Below are positions 10,668-25,200 of a stretch of DNA of 64,000 nucleotides, in pieces. Source of the stretch: Phoronis australis (Eukaryota; Animalia; Phoronida); the NCBI GenBank assembly GCA_002633005.1, contig NMRA01000410.1, forward strand, positions 151,977 through 215,976, written 5' to 3'. The position numbers and the translations under genes are program-made. Positions within the stretch are counted from its first letter, which is position 1. The number at the start of each line of letters is the position of its first letter. The notes under the pieces are model-generated. The model saw only the letters and a program-made list of their open reading frames with translations, was not told the origin of the DNA and made no database searches.

Positions 10668-13600
10668 AACACCTCTGCCTGCGGTACATACTGGCGAATT
10701 TTCAAAATGCATTAACCAATAGTTTTCATTAAAAACAAATACCACAGCTGTATTCAGATGGAAAAAACAACTAAGTTTGTTTTTCGATTTTAAAAATCGA
10801 TGAAATATTAAGCTAATGCTAAAAACTACAAACATGTCATTGGGTACGATTGAAGATAAACGACTGTGCGTATTGATACACTCGGCGATTTACAAACGCT
10901 GATCAGAGTTAACTATATCACGTGGATTATTCTTTTAATATACAACTAAGCTACATTGAAACATCTATGAACAACACACAATGACTTAAAATTAGATATC
11001 AATAATTTTTAAAACAGCTCTTATGGCCGAGTGCATGCCGAACTACTTTACTCCAAGAGTAGTACACTAACCAGAAAACTGCTTTCGATAGTTAGCTTGT
11101 AGTTGTAATGGGACACCTGTGAAGACAACTAAGATGGCTAGCTTTGTAGTCAACGAGACTGTGCAAGCAGTGGATGAGGCTGGTCTGTGGGCAAGAGCTG
11201 TGATTTCATTTTTTATTACTGAGGAAAAGCTAGAATAATTATGTAGCTACTGCAACCAAAATTGTCCAGAGGTTCCAAATTTTCAGTTTGGCTATCACCA
11301 TATTTGCACATTTGTATATTTTATGATTTGAGTTCTGATAAAGATTGAACTTGAAGTAATGGCACGAGGAGTTTTGTTTGCTGTGACATGCTTGGTGTAG
11401 CTGTAATCTGGAAAATTCAGGGATGGGTTCATATTAATTAACTGACTTCTAAGTTGTTTCGATGCTTCGTTTAAACACAAAATTGCAATCCTAACCGGTA
11501 AGAAAAAATAGCAATTATATAGGTATATTAAAATAAAGTAATGAAAACAGGTATGAAACATGTTTAAAACCAACATTCTTTTGGGAAGTGGCCCTTTGTC
11601 AAGATCAACGCAAATTAAGTTTTTAGTGATTTTGTAATATTTAAAATGTACCAAGTTAAAACTGCTCTCCACATTGCAGGATTTAACTCTGTGCAAGTGC
11701 CAGAGAAATATAATTTGGGTGTAATAACAACCATCATTGTTAAGAAAGTAGTGCTAGCTATTACCTTTCCACTTCATTTTCTCAGATCTACATCAATACA
11801 AAGGGCGAGTTGAATAGGGATCATAAAAGTTGTCTAGGGCTTAGGAAATCAAAGTGGTGACCAGTGTAAGCCAGATAATCTCCACATGGCTTTTGTTGAA
11901 ATTTCCCAACATGTTAACAGAGACCTTGTCCTCTTAATCTCCTCAGTATGGAACAGTTCAGTGCTCATTAAAACGATACCAAACCTGGTTTTGGCTTATT
12001 AACTGATGCTAAAAATGACATTCCCATCCAATTCTCTGTACCAAAACATTTGCTTTAGCTCTAACCCTCAACAACTCTCAAAAGTTTGGAGGAAAATTGA
12101 AAAATTCCTTTCAAAGTCTTCTAAACCAGTGAGCAAGCGTGACCTAAGGTTACATGGCAACTATGCGAAATATAAATTTTTCAATTAAAAAAATTTAAGA
12201 AAAACTGGCTGGGGGTTAATTTCCTATGAATGTACCGTTCTTGCCTATGACAATTTGACTTAAAATATGGTCATGTGATAATAATAAAGACACAATAGTA
12301 AGAAGTATATTTTTAAAATCCTCAATCTTTCTCGATCTGTCAGAACTAAAATATATACTTTTACATGGTTGACAAATCATAGTTTGTGATATTTGATTTA
12401 GAGTTGAGGTCGTTTATTTAGGTCCAAGATAACCTTAAAAGGAAAATCCTAATAGCTTTTTTGAGATTGATTTATAAATATAGAAGCAGATAGTTTCAGT
12501 CAACTGAGTCATCTTCTAAAACGTCTATTCCTATCTTCAAATTAAGTCGAATCTGAGAAAAAGCCGCAAACATTACGAGTCAACAAAATCTCATTAAAAC
12601 GATTCAATTTTGTCAAAGTAGGTTTGTGACCCTAATCCGACAACTGCTTTGCTGTTTGCCTCTGTATCTTGGGAGTACCTTGATGGATTTTTGTGAAACT
12701 TTGCTTAAAGGTTTCTGTTTGGGAGAGGATGGTGCCTTCTCCATCATTTTTTTCATTTTCAGATAAATTTGACATATTCTGTGCCACCTATAATGGATAT
12801 TTCTATTATTTTTTGTAGTTCGCTTCTCTGCCAAACTGCTCAAGAGATCAAGTTTTAAAAATTGTAAGATTGGGATTCCTGTCAAAATGACTAGAGCTGT
12901 GACATTGATTTCTACACGAGCCTGGTAGCTGTAGCACCCTCTAGTAGCAATTTCTTTTTTTGCATCTGCACCTGTATCACCTTAACCCTTTAAAGGATCT
13001 TTATGAAATTAAGTGTCTTTCCTAGATGAACATGTCAGCAGAAGGTGATGGCTTTCGGACATATCTGGCTACTGCTCTGTTCCCTTGTGACAATTTTAGT
13101 TTCACCTGTGTATAGACCTTGTTTTGTTTCTTGACAGAATTTCATTTGTCCAAGGGGTTTCTACTTAGGAAACTGCACAACATCTTTCTCTTTGCAGATG
13201 GATTAGGCAAATTCAGCGACACTTAGCCGCCATTTTTTGTTGTTTATTTTTTATACCTGACAAGTGTATTCTTATGAATGTGTCAATAGATAACTACGTT
13301 TTTCACTTCAGGCAGATTTTTATGAAGTTGAGGGATCATTAGTACGAGGCCTTCTCAGGATTCGACATATTCTGCTAGTGGCCATTTTTACAAATAATAA
13401 TAAACACCCCTAGAAGCATACGGTTTGTGGTGGAGTCGTAGACATATTTCAGTGCTCGCCATTGCTCTAATGTTATGAAATTTGTTCTATGTGTATCCAT
13501 GTTTTTATATTTTTAGTCACACCTTCGCAAAAGAATCCAAATTGAAGAACCGATTAATTTTTGTCATTTTCAAACATGTTCTATATTTCAAACATCATCC

Positions 13601-16600
13601 CTTAATGAGTTTTCCTTGTGGAGAGTCAATTTTCTCAAAATACTGTATATGTCAATATGGGCTAAGTTACATAGACTTAGAATTTCGTATAGAAAGCTAT
13701 AATGTCCTTTGCTTGTAACCCAATTGCGATATCTTGTCTTGTGTGATTTTGCATTGTCACGAGGCTGCTGTGTTTACAGAATGCAAGCCTGGTCTATTGT
13801 TTGGAATTCAGGGCCCTCGTTCACCTGTGCCTTCTGAGAAGCAAATTTTTGGGGTGGGGAAAATTCTACTAGGCCCCAGTCACCATCAATAGCACCCTCA
13901 CCCCTTTCGCTATCCTTCATAGTTCTGCCACAAGTAGCCAAAACTAACACTTTGTGCTGTTTCAAATCATTGCCTGTGTGAGTTACAAGTGATTTGAACC
14001 TCGAGGAGAATTTTTTAATCATTTGAGGGAAATTTTTGGGGCATCATTAGGGGAATTTTTTTCGCGTTATTTTTAAATATTTTGATATGGGAATGGGGCT
14101 GATATTTGGACCCAAAATCGAGGGATTGCGGGTCCTGAAAGTGTTCCAGGGATATCATGTTCTGGGGAAATTGTTTTCGGGGGAAATCTTTTGTCAGGCG
14201 AAATAGTAATGAAGTCATTGGCAATGTAGTCTACGGTATTTACAAAAGGGAACCTTATCGCTGGCTGTTGGCCTCAAGTGGTTCTTACAGTTATCATATT
14301 GTCTAAGTACAAGGTTCATGGGACACTGGGCCTGGAGTTTACTGATGGCTTTTTCTAAACGTTTAGTAAGAAATTCATGGAATCTGAACTTGAAAACTGC
14401 TTATTGAATTAAAGGTATTATTGTCTGAGTTATTTGATTATGGTAGGGTCAGTTCTGCTCACATGGCCAAATTCTTGGAACTGCTGATAACTGTTAACCA
14501 ACTAGTGGCTGGAAAATAGAAATTTGATACCTGGTTGAGCAAGTTTATCCTGCCAGGACCAAAGATACTAAAATCTTTGCCAGGACTTGGCCTGAACTGA
14601 ATTATTTATTGAGCAGGTTGTTTGAGATAACATCCAACTGGTCATTGGCCTTTTTAATTTCCTGCTCCTTTGTGGAAGGAATGATGTGCTAGTTAGAGCA
14701 ATGTGGTAGTTAGTGTTTGAATGGCCATGGGTATTTTTCCAGCAAAAAGTTTCATCTTTATTTAACTATGAAATATTTCACACTTGGTTTTCCTTTTAAG
14801 ATTCTTATCTCCTTTAATACAAGGTAGGCACTCATTCAATGGAATGATGTGGACAAAAGTGAGTGCCAGAATTGATTGTTTTTCGTTTTTCACTATTTTA
14901 AGTTGAGTTTGAATTGCTGGATTTGAAACTGGTTTCTACGAGTTTCACAAAGTTTCAATTTTTTCCAAAAACACGATAATGTCTATAGATGGAATTTCAT
15001 TGCAAATGTGTCAGACTTTTCTGGAATCGTCATTGGCGGAAGTTATTGTTAGAGAATTAAGGTTAATTTATATAGCCTCGTGAATTTTTGTACCCAGATC
15101 ATTAAGACTATTCGTTTCCATGTGTAGCATGCAAAAGAATCCGTTAATGACTATAGCCTTATTTGTGAAACTCGGGTCCTGCAACTTTAAGACTGATGCA
15201 GTTGGCTATTCTCTTGTCACGAAATGAAATGGCAAAATTTCTCTTGTTCAGTACTCTGTTTCCTGAATTGTGAGATATTCTTGTATCAATTGGTGGGTTG
15301 TAACAGAATGTATGTATTGGGGGAGCGTCTGGTTTGTAATTAACTTCAGAGACCACTTCTGCTCTTCTGACTGACTGTCACAAAACACAAGCACCATAGT
15401 CATTGTTGTTAACACCTAAGTTCCACTTTACAACCGCCGTACTGTGAAATTTGCACTTTTTCAGCATACATGCTTGGCTTATCGCCAGGGTTCATCCAGG
15501 ATTTCAAAATAGCAGGCATCCAAAATGGGTTCAACAATTTCTCAGGATATGCATGACCTGTAACGCACAAAGTCCTTTTTATGACCCCAAGTCAAATTGT
15601 TGTTACAATGAAGACATGAAGACGTGGTTCTGCACTGAAAAAGTTTTCATATAGTGCATGATTTCAGAACACTTTTTTTATTCTGGAGAGTCCAATAAGA
15701 GTAGCACAAAAGAGCCAACCTACTAGTAGCTTAGTTGCTTACTTTACTTGGTTGTTGAATAGGGTGTCCAACGAATCTAGGATGTCCAAATTTGAGTCAA
15801 GGTGTCCACTGATTTAGAAACCCTGGACACTCTCTAGATGAAGGCCTGTTTCATTGCTCAGATCACCAAGTTGAGAATTTCTATAGTCAGAGTGCCTGTC
15901 TGGCAGGAATTTTAGCTACCAAAACATGTCTCAGTTACTTTTGAGCTACAAACGAGTAGTTTCAGGTGTATCGTACCTTGTCCTGGCGCTCAAATAGCCA
16001 TAGTCCCTTTACTTTACTCTTGCTCATGAGTCTGACCGACATCAATCGAAGATTTGTGTAAATGTCATCCCGACTTCTCAGAAGTTTTGTTATGGTCTGC
16101 TTCCCCACTCCCTGATTTTTGGCTCTCCCAATCGCCCTTACAGTATTACCGGTAAACCAGACAGGAAGGTACTATGTTGATGGAAATGTTATAATTATCA
16201 AGAGAATTTTTGCTTGTCTCGTTGCATTACAAAAACTTTAACCCCTTTTGTTTCAACTCTCGGAGTACAGTCGGGTTTTCAAATTGAGGTTAAATCCAGA
16301 TGTTGATTTAATATGTTGTTGAATGTTGCAGCTTTTTTGTTTTGAATCCTGACTTCCACAAAAAATAACCATTTCCTAAGTTTTAGATAACAATGGCACT
16401 TTTTATTTTAAGCTTGCAGAACCAAAGCAAAACCAACGCCACATTCTTCATAAACCATTCAAGAACTGCGGTTATGTAATCCACATCTACTATTCCCTAG
16501 CACTGCAGGTTTTCCTCACAGTAGAAAATTTGTCCCAGATGTCATCAATATGGGAGGCTTCAGATTACCTCAGATTGGCTTCTGTTCTAGGGTCCTCAGC

Positions 16601-19600
16601 ATTACAGTTGTCAGTGTACTTTGGGGGCAAATATACTGTGTACAAGATTTTTTTCACTCGGTCGAGCTAGTTTATTTTAGAGGACTTATTTCTTTCAGGC
16701 CAGCAAATGAGTTTTACAGATGGTGTGTGCCAGCTTTAAGTATGGTAAATAATTCTTCAGTTTAGGTCTCAGAATAGGGCACAATAGAATTTCTTTTTGT
16801 TAAGTTTCTCAACAATAGTCAAAGAACTTTTAACATAGTTGTTTGCATGGTTTGTACATTACTTTTACCAACAAACAATATTTTAAACGTTATAGTATTC
16901 ACAGCTTGCTAGCATTTGAAAACTATAGAAACGTATGATGGCTGTTACTTAAGTTGTTTTTGTCTCAACTTTTACCCATAAACAAAGGGCGCGGCATCCT
17001 GTTTTCAAAGTGTTCTGAAGTATGGTAAATCTCCACATATTTTGTACAAAAATGATTATCAAAATTGTCGTTTTCCATTTTTTCAAAAGTTGGTAACCTT
17101 TCTGGAAACAAATGAAACTATTTTATTTTATGAAATGTACTTTAGGTGCAAACCATCTATCTTTATTTCTTTGAGAAATGTGACAAAATAGAATTTCCGT
17201 TGGCGGCCATATTGTGTGGTAAAGTGAAAAATTCCTGCACATTATTTTCGTGGGCAGTTCTGCACTTGCCGAGGATTCTGGGAATTGAGACAATTAAGGA
17301 TATTCCTGGCACAGAACTTATATTGTTGTGGTAAAGATCAGGATGAATGCTAATAAGCCATGAAGTACCTGCCAGCTATCCAAAATGACTAAAATGAATT
17401 GCTTGACGTGCTGTACCGGTTCGTTCAGAAGATTGCGAATGTGTCCCCTTAGCATAGGCTGTTCATAGGGTGGCTCAAGCCATCAGTTTTAAAAATGGAC
17501 TTCCCTATGATGGTCACTAGTGAGTCGCTGCCTGCATGCAGTTTTCCTTTTCTCTACAAAAAGTGTGACTGGCCCCTTCTCCTTTTTCCACATTTTCATC
17601 CGTAACTGTCTTTCATTTAGATTTTGGTGTACCATCCAGTAATTTGCAGTCAGTCCGCACATTAAGCTTTGTAACCTTGCTATGTCTAGATTTCCAGAAT
17701 CATGAAGGACAAAAGCAAGTCAAAAGACACAAAAACTGGTGCCCAGGCTTTGATTATTTCTTAATTCAGAACCAATGATCGTCTATCCAAATCCATTAAA
17801 ATGTTACATTGATAGGATCCCTGAGACAGCCTTGGTGTCTATGCTTTTCCCATACTGGTTTTTCACCATATGCCAACTTTTAAATTAGCCTAAGGGTCAT
17901 GGCAAATTCTCACCAACATGAGCAAGGTTTTCCCAGTCTGGCTTGCACTGAAGTTTACTGTTGCTGGAGACCACCAAAGGCCATTAGGGTGCTGGGGACA
18001 GAGGTGGCATTCTGTTGATGGTTGTGTTCATCAATGAAGTAGTAAGTTTAAGTGCTTTGACATGAATTTTCCCTTTAAAAACATTGATTTGTATGGTATC
18101 AAAACAAATTAACTGCAAGGGAAGTTAATTGCCATACATAATTTCTCTCAAGTTTGTTTTAATGTCAAAGCCCGTATCCAGTTGCAGTAAAAGCTCATCA
18201 ATTTGTAACTAAAATAATTTCCAAAACTGATCTTATTTATTTTTCAAAGGTCTCTAACACTTTTTGTGTTGTAAATGCCCACAATTTCTCTTAACTTTAT
18301 GTCTGATTGTGGGGCAGAGAACTAAGGTGATAGAGCATATATTTTGTTGCAACTTATGCTTTATGAAAAAATAATAAAATGCAATTTCACTTGTCTGTCA
18401 TATTGTGTCCTAAATTAGTGAGATTCAAAGTTGAATTTGTTTCCTCATCCGCGACCAGTTTTGATAAGCATTACAAAATTAATTTTAATTCTTAAAGAAA
18501 ATAATTTTTGCAACCAAAATAAGATGGTTCTTTAAAGTTGGACACAAATAAGGAGGGATTTCTACAGTCTCCAAGGCCTGACATAGATCGTTTGTTTGCT
18601 GATGATATTACTTGTAAAACATGGGTACGCCACATAAATTAAAATAAAAAGGAAATTGTCTTGGGACCAGCACTTTGCTAAATTGAATAATAAATGAAAA
18701 TCATCATAATGACAATCATGAATATGGTGGTGATGATGAATTATGGTGAAAATAATTATACAAGATACACACTTAGTGAAATTGATTTAAAAAAGATGAT
18801 GAGTGCGAAGTAAAACCTGTCAAGATTTAACCAAAATTGAAATATGGGTTTTACTCAAGAACATTATGCTATAGTTGGGTTTGATGCGTCACAACTTTGT
18901 CAAATTTCAGACGTGGTTTTCAAATGCGGACATTTGAAAACTACGACAGAGTGAAGTTAAGATGAGTGTAAGGACAGCCAAACAGTCCATGTTTACATTC
19001 ATGGCTATGTACCTTGCAACTATAGTTCAAACTAAATGTTAAAACCAGATGCTAAGTTGAAGCTGGTTTGGTCGCCCACCTCGCTGACTTCATAAAGAAA
19101 ACAAGTGACCAAGCAACATTGGAATTTACCAGGACTTGGCTGTTAATTACAAAATCAAACCAGCATGAAATGACAAACATGTAGATGTGAGACCCAGGAA
19201 AGGTTGGAGCAGCAAATACTGGTCTTTTAGCTTTGAACTTGGGATCTGACAGCAGTTTACAAAAATTAGTTGTTAAAAACTTTAATTGAATGGATTAAAT
19301 GTCATCTGGATATTAAAGTGCAGTTGTAACGTAGTTCAAACACCCCCTCTCACTCAATGCACGTACTATTGCATTGCTTATACGGTAAAAAGAGCTGGGT
19401 GCAGATGATTGATAACGTGAAGATGGAGGCTTTTGACTTAAAACCAATAGCACTATCACAAGAAATAAATTAAAAAGATGTGATAATGTATGCCTACGGG
19501 TATAATTATTTTGAAAACATTTCATCACTCAAGATGCATATTGAGTAGCTTCCATCCTGGGGCCAGAAAGAGGAATGAAATTATAAATCACCTCATGTTT

Positions 19601-19833
19601 TCCTCAAGCTAATCAATGATTATTTGTGCCGTTTGGAACAAAAATCAGCCACCAGATGACATCGATAATAACGAGATTTAACGAACTGAATGTTGACATC
19701 ATCACAATTTCATAATTTTTCATGTCCAGGGTACGTCAGTTTGCACTGAGATCAAGGCTAGCAAAGTGTAATAGGCAATCGTGTGTAAAATGCTATTTAC
19801 TGGTTTTCCTGCCTCTTCAGTGGTGCTCCCAGC

Positions 19834-19925
19834 TTATTTATTTATTATTTATTTATTAATATAATATTTACAATGAGGGTAGCTGGCCCCATCAGTTCAC
19901 ACTGCTTTCCATGGGGGCTACCTCA
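19834..19925 (-). mobile_element. Probable 3' terminus of a LINE/SINE, second copy
   Basis: (TTTA)n tail plus aatgagggt...cactgctttcca...cctca, as at 2022-2095. Confidence 0.5.
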
Positions 19926-20415
19926 CTGGACTGGTTATGACCCCGAAACTGCATATATACCAGTTGAAGATTGTTGTTCAACTAATAAAAACCATTGCAA
20001 AATTTGTCATTTTTATGGCGAAAAATCAGTTATGAAGTCTCTTAGTTGAAATTCAAACTCTAGTTTTGAGATTTTCTCGGTTTTCCAAAATTCCACCAAT
20101 GGCTTCAGCTGCATGATCGGGTCAAAATCGGCAACAAAATCGATCACCATTGTTGGGTCAAAAAACGCTATACTAAGGTAATTTTAACAAAATTTAAACG
20201 TTAAGTTATTCCTAAGGCTACATGGATTATATTGTCAAAATTAAAAACTGTTGCTGATGTCTGTGGCGTATAACAAACCAGGTGTGTCAACATGAAATTT
20301 TCTATAATGACACATCTGCCTGAGGAGAGCTATTTATAACCTCATTGCCTTTCTAATTTGTACATAGTGTTATCTATATGAATATGTAAACTTTAAACGG
20401 GTGTGGAAATATAGA

Positions 20416-20584
20416 TCGCAAACATTTTTAAGTCTGGTCTGTACGCCACCTGTTGGCCACATCACATGACCTTATGAATATAAGTCTGCCCAAACCAGGG
20501 GAGGGAGGCTCGAACCGCACAGTTAGCAGGTCACTTGATGTGGCAAACAGGTGGTATGCAGATTAGGCTTAAAAATATTTGCGA
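20416..20584. mobile_element. Small inverted-repeat element (MITE-like)
   Basis: Imperfect arms of ~57 bp: tcgcaaacatttttaagtct...ccacatcacatgacct (20416-20472) versus aggtcacttgatgtgg...ggcttaaaaatatttgcga (20528-20584). Confidence 0.65.
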
Positions 20585-22254
20585 ACATTGAAAGGAGTTA
20601 ATTTTGTATCACTGTACAATTCAAAAGAATATGTATTGTACTTAAAATCCCATCTAGTTGTTAGCTGCTAATTTATGTTTTTTCCAGGTTTAGTTAACAG
20701 TATTTTAAAGAAAGTTCAAACATCAGGCGATGTTTAAATGTGTGTTTAAATTAAAGCAAAGACATAACGCGAATTGTATACTTAGGGATTTAAGGGACTG
20801 TAGATAGAGAGAACACTTTTTATCGCCAAGAAGTTACCCTGACTCAGGTTGTTTGAACTTTCTGAAAATGAAAATGAAGGTCTTGTTTGATTAAGAAACT
20901 CTTATCTTAATGCCATCAGCTTCACGTTTATGGGCTTGAAATAACATACGTCATCCACCAAACAAAGACTTGCCTTTTGCCCAGGATTGTTGATCGAGAT
21001 CAAACAGCGTTATGCCAGGATTGGCGGAATGGATGATTCACTGCAGGTTGTGACCAAAAAGTTGCATTTGACTCACTACGAGTAAATGGAACATCCATTT
21101 TGGCACGGACTTAATTCTCAAAACATTGTGCTTTAAGGACACTGGTGTGCATGAACATTTTTTATTGAAAATTCCTTGGACAATAAATGGTTGGCAATAA
21201 AGACAAAGCCTGCTGTAAGGATTCTATGTTGACACCCCCATCGCTCGAGTAATGGGTAACTCGTTGAGTTCACTAACCTTAAAATGCACATCTGCTATTT
21301 GAAGGAAACCTACAAACTTCAGATGATGTTATCCTTTTTAGGAGATTGATTTGGGTAATTGTGTATGAAATTGCCGTTCATAAACAGGTGTAAACACTGG
21401 GAGAAACTATTATTTCTTAAATTTTCATTTTTAAATGTTATTTTAAATAGCATATTTGCATAGTTAGTGAGAAGTACAAGTGATAAAGGCAAGACATGTG
21501 ACTTTTTATCTAAGTCTAGAAAGCAGTTCACAAGTAGTATTCTGCTTCATTACTTTTGCTGGGCGCACAAAATTATGGGCCAATTACCGAAAATCGTAAT
21601 CCAACATTTGGAAATTGAGGCAAGACAAGTCTAATCATACAATTCTTGGCATGAATTAAGAGGTCAATGTGGTATTATTGACCAGTAAAATGAACAAGGC
21701 AATACACATCCCTCACAAAAATTTTATACACAAAAACGATTGGCTTGGATATTGGGTGGGTCCTGCATTGTGTAACTAAGGGACATATGTATGAATATTA
21801 TGATAAATTAAAATAATGAGTTGAAAGTAAATGTATTGATTGCTGTTTGTAAACAATTTGTGGAACAATAAAACTGAAGCTTGCATGGACTTTGTTTGTC
21901 ATTCTTGTGTTGATGCTAATTTGCTCAAGTGGCACTAAATTGCTTCATTTTTACTCTTTTAAATTTCCAATCCTTTATTTTACAGGAAAGCTATTGTGCT
22001 CACAGAATGTGTGGACTCTGCTCGAAGCCTGAGAGGAAGTTTATCAAAATGGCGATAAGATAAAATGGGACAAGTTTACCTGATGTCATAGGTGGAACAG
22101 CTGTGAAGTTGATAAACAACACTGAATCACCATCATGAGTTTAGTGTATGTGTTAAAGCGGGGGATATCCATCATGGGTGCATGGCGATAATATGAAGTA
22201 ATGCTGGACCACATGTAGTGGTGAAATAACATTGTTTGCCGTTGGTTGAACAAT

Positions 22255-25200
22255 ATGGACTATTCGCTTCTGCCGTTGGTTAGCTTCCTGTTGGTGAGCA
22301 GTGGGGGGTGTTATCCATTTGGCCCTTGTGGCCACATTTTCAACTCATCTGAAACAGGAAACATCACGTCGCCGAACTACCCAAACAGTTATCCTCTGAA
22401 TCAGCAGTGTGAGTGGGTGGTCACTGTTCCCGATGGTAAAGGCATCATTGTGGAGTTGCTTTATTTCTACACAGACAGCAGAGGTCATGGTGACGGCGAT
22501 GTTTTGCAATGTTTCGAAACCCAGCCTGGATCTATTGAGAGTGCAAAGCGCCCGCCCTTGGAATTTGTTGGGTATAAAAACAGTGGTACAACGTTTTCTA
22601 CTCCCCACAACAAATTGTGGTTTTTGTTCCAAAGCGACGGTGAAAACATGGGTGGACGAGGGTTCTATTTGCAGTATCATGCATATAACCCCAACGAGTG
22701 CCCAGATCCAGGGCCTCTGTTGAATGGACGAAGAACTTACCCACAATCCTACTCTGTTGGACAGGAAGTCGCGTTCTCTTGTGACCCAGGTTACGTACTA
22801 AGTCATGGAGATTCTTCAATGAAGTGTTTGAATGATGGTGTCGACAGCCATCCACATTGGTTAGGAAATAAGCCATTTTGTAGTGTAAGGTGTCTTGCTG
22901 ACAGACGCTCTCCTGGTAGACGTTTGATTTACCGAGTTCCATCAGAGGTTTCAACTGTGCTGTCCCCTAAATTTCCAAGTTCATATGAAGAGGGTGAACT
23001 TTGCACCTGGGAAATCAATTCTGGGTCAGGTCAACTGATCAACATCACCATGAACTTCTTTGACCTGAGACCGGGTCAAGGGACTTTTCTGGAGGTTTGG
23101 GATGGCACGTGGAATCAGGTGTTAAATCACAATGTTCCACTGCTGGGCAATTTTACAGGTGACAGCTTTCCATCTTACATTGTCTCCAGTAGCAGCTCTG
23201 TGGCTCTGAAGTTCAAGTCAGGACCCATGGAGCCAAAACAACATCATATGGGTGGCTTTAAGCTAATGTACAGCAAAATTAGTGATGCGCGTATGGATTC
23301 TAACGAGTGTTCCAAACCTCCATTGTCGGGTAATATGTATTACCTACCGGTAAAGAACGTGTACAATTCTGGTGACAAAGTACAATACTATTGCAATGAC
23401 GGTTTCTATTTTAAGGGTAGAGAACGTGCAAATGACACCAACGTGTGTATTGGACACGGTGCCAAACATTGGTCAGTGCAGCAACTGAAGAACTTGCCTA
23501 CATGTGCCGCAATGTGTCGTTACTATAACGAGACTAGTGGTTCACTTCTAACAATCGTCTTAACTAAATCCACGGGCATTATTTACAACACTGGCTATCC
23601 CGAAAAATTGAAGGCTGGATGGTGTGGTTACAGCATCGCATTAAACCATGGCCAAACCGTTTCTATTCATTTCCAACTGTTGGAGCTGGTGCCTGGGGTT
23701 GTAATAACCTTGTACGAAAGTGATGCGCTAGGCAAGCAAGGGGATCAACTGATAAAGCTGTCTGCTGGGAACCAACGTGAATTTATCGAAAGCAACAAGA
23801 ACATAGTTAACATTATTGTGAACAAGACTGGAAATGAACAAGGTGGACGATTCATTCTGAAATACCAGTCAATCACGGAAAATAGGTGCAATGCCCCACC
23901 TACCATACTCCATGGATATAAAATAGGCCAAAACAAAATGTTCCCTGTTGGATCTATTGTTAGTTATGAGTGTGACCGTTTCTTCCACCTTGTGGGTGAC
24001 CGAACCCTGCAGTGTCAAGGGAGAAGAAGTTCCAACGAGTGGAGTTCGGCAGCACCGTATTGCGTTGGTGCGTGTGGCGGGATGTATAGAGCCAACAGTG
24101 GAAGTGTTGTTTCTCCGAACTATCCCCATAATTTTTCATCCAACTCGGAGTGTGTCTGGAATATAACTGCTCAGTCGCCACATTATTACTTCACTATTGC
24201 TGTGTCTAAACTCTTTTTGTCACCATCAGATCAGTTAGTTCTTCAGTACATTGGCAACAATGGATTGGCTACAGCGGACATCGGGTCTCAATGTCCAAAT
24301 AGTGAATGTAGTCTTGCATTTGTCTCGTACGAAACGTTCATTGTGCAGTTCAAGTCCGGAGAACGAGTTGGATCTACAAACGGATTGTTTGAGCTTACAT
24401 TTGAAAAGGCCGGTTCGTGTTCAGTTCCTGATTCACCTCCTAATGGGTTTGTGGTCGGCAGTGACTTTCATGAATCGTCGCAAATTACATACCAGTGCCA
24501 TCCTCCCTATGATTTAGTGGGAGGTTCACGCAACGCATTGTGTAAACGGGGACCAGATGGCACTCTGTCCTGGAGTCATCCGCCTCCAAGCTGTGTTGTC
24601 CGTGACTGCAGCACTGTGGATAGTAGACCATTTGTAAGGATGGCTGGACATGGAGCTGTGACGAACTTGGGATACCCCAATGATACTGTCAAGGGTTTGC
24701 AGGACTGCAAGTGGCATATTCAAGCTGTGAACGGTGGTGCCATTATCCTTCACTTTAAATATTTTGACTTCCGTCATGATGTTAATACATATGTTGAGAT
24801 TTACGAAGGTTCGGATAGTGCGAATGATAAAAAGTTCATTGCTAAGTTTTTACCTGGTAACACTGTTCATAACATCACTAGCACCAGACCTGACGTCACT
24901 GTGCACTACAAGTCACCAAATCAGGATGTGCATGGTTTCAAAGGTTTCTATCTGGAATATGGAGAACTAACAAAGCCACCCACTAGTTTGCCTGTTTCAA
25001 CAACTGCTTCAGCTATTTGGTCAAGTTCTAAGACACCAGTCGTCACAACGACCATACCTTCAACAACTGGTTTGCCACCAATCATCTCATTGGTTAGTAC
25101 CAGTTCAACAACTGCAACAGTTCCATCAACGACGCCACAGTTGCCTACGACAGTTCCTACAGTAGGTCTTTCAACAGCCGAGATCACATCATATACAACA

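Noticed and set aside
22246-22254. TTG start given by the ORF track for the 1030-aa ORF
   Set aside because: In a eukaryotic gene, the ATG at 22255 directly opens the signal peptide.
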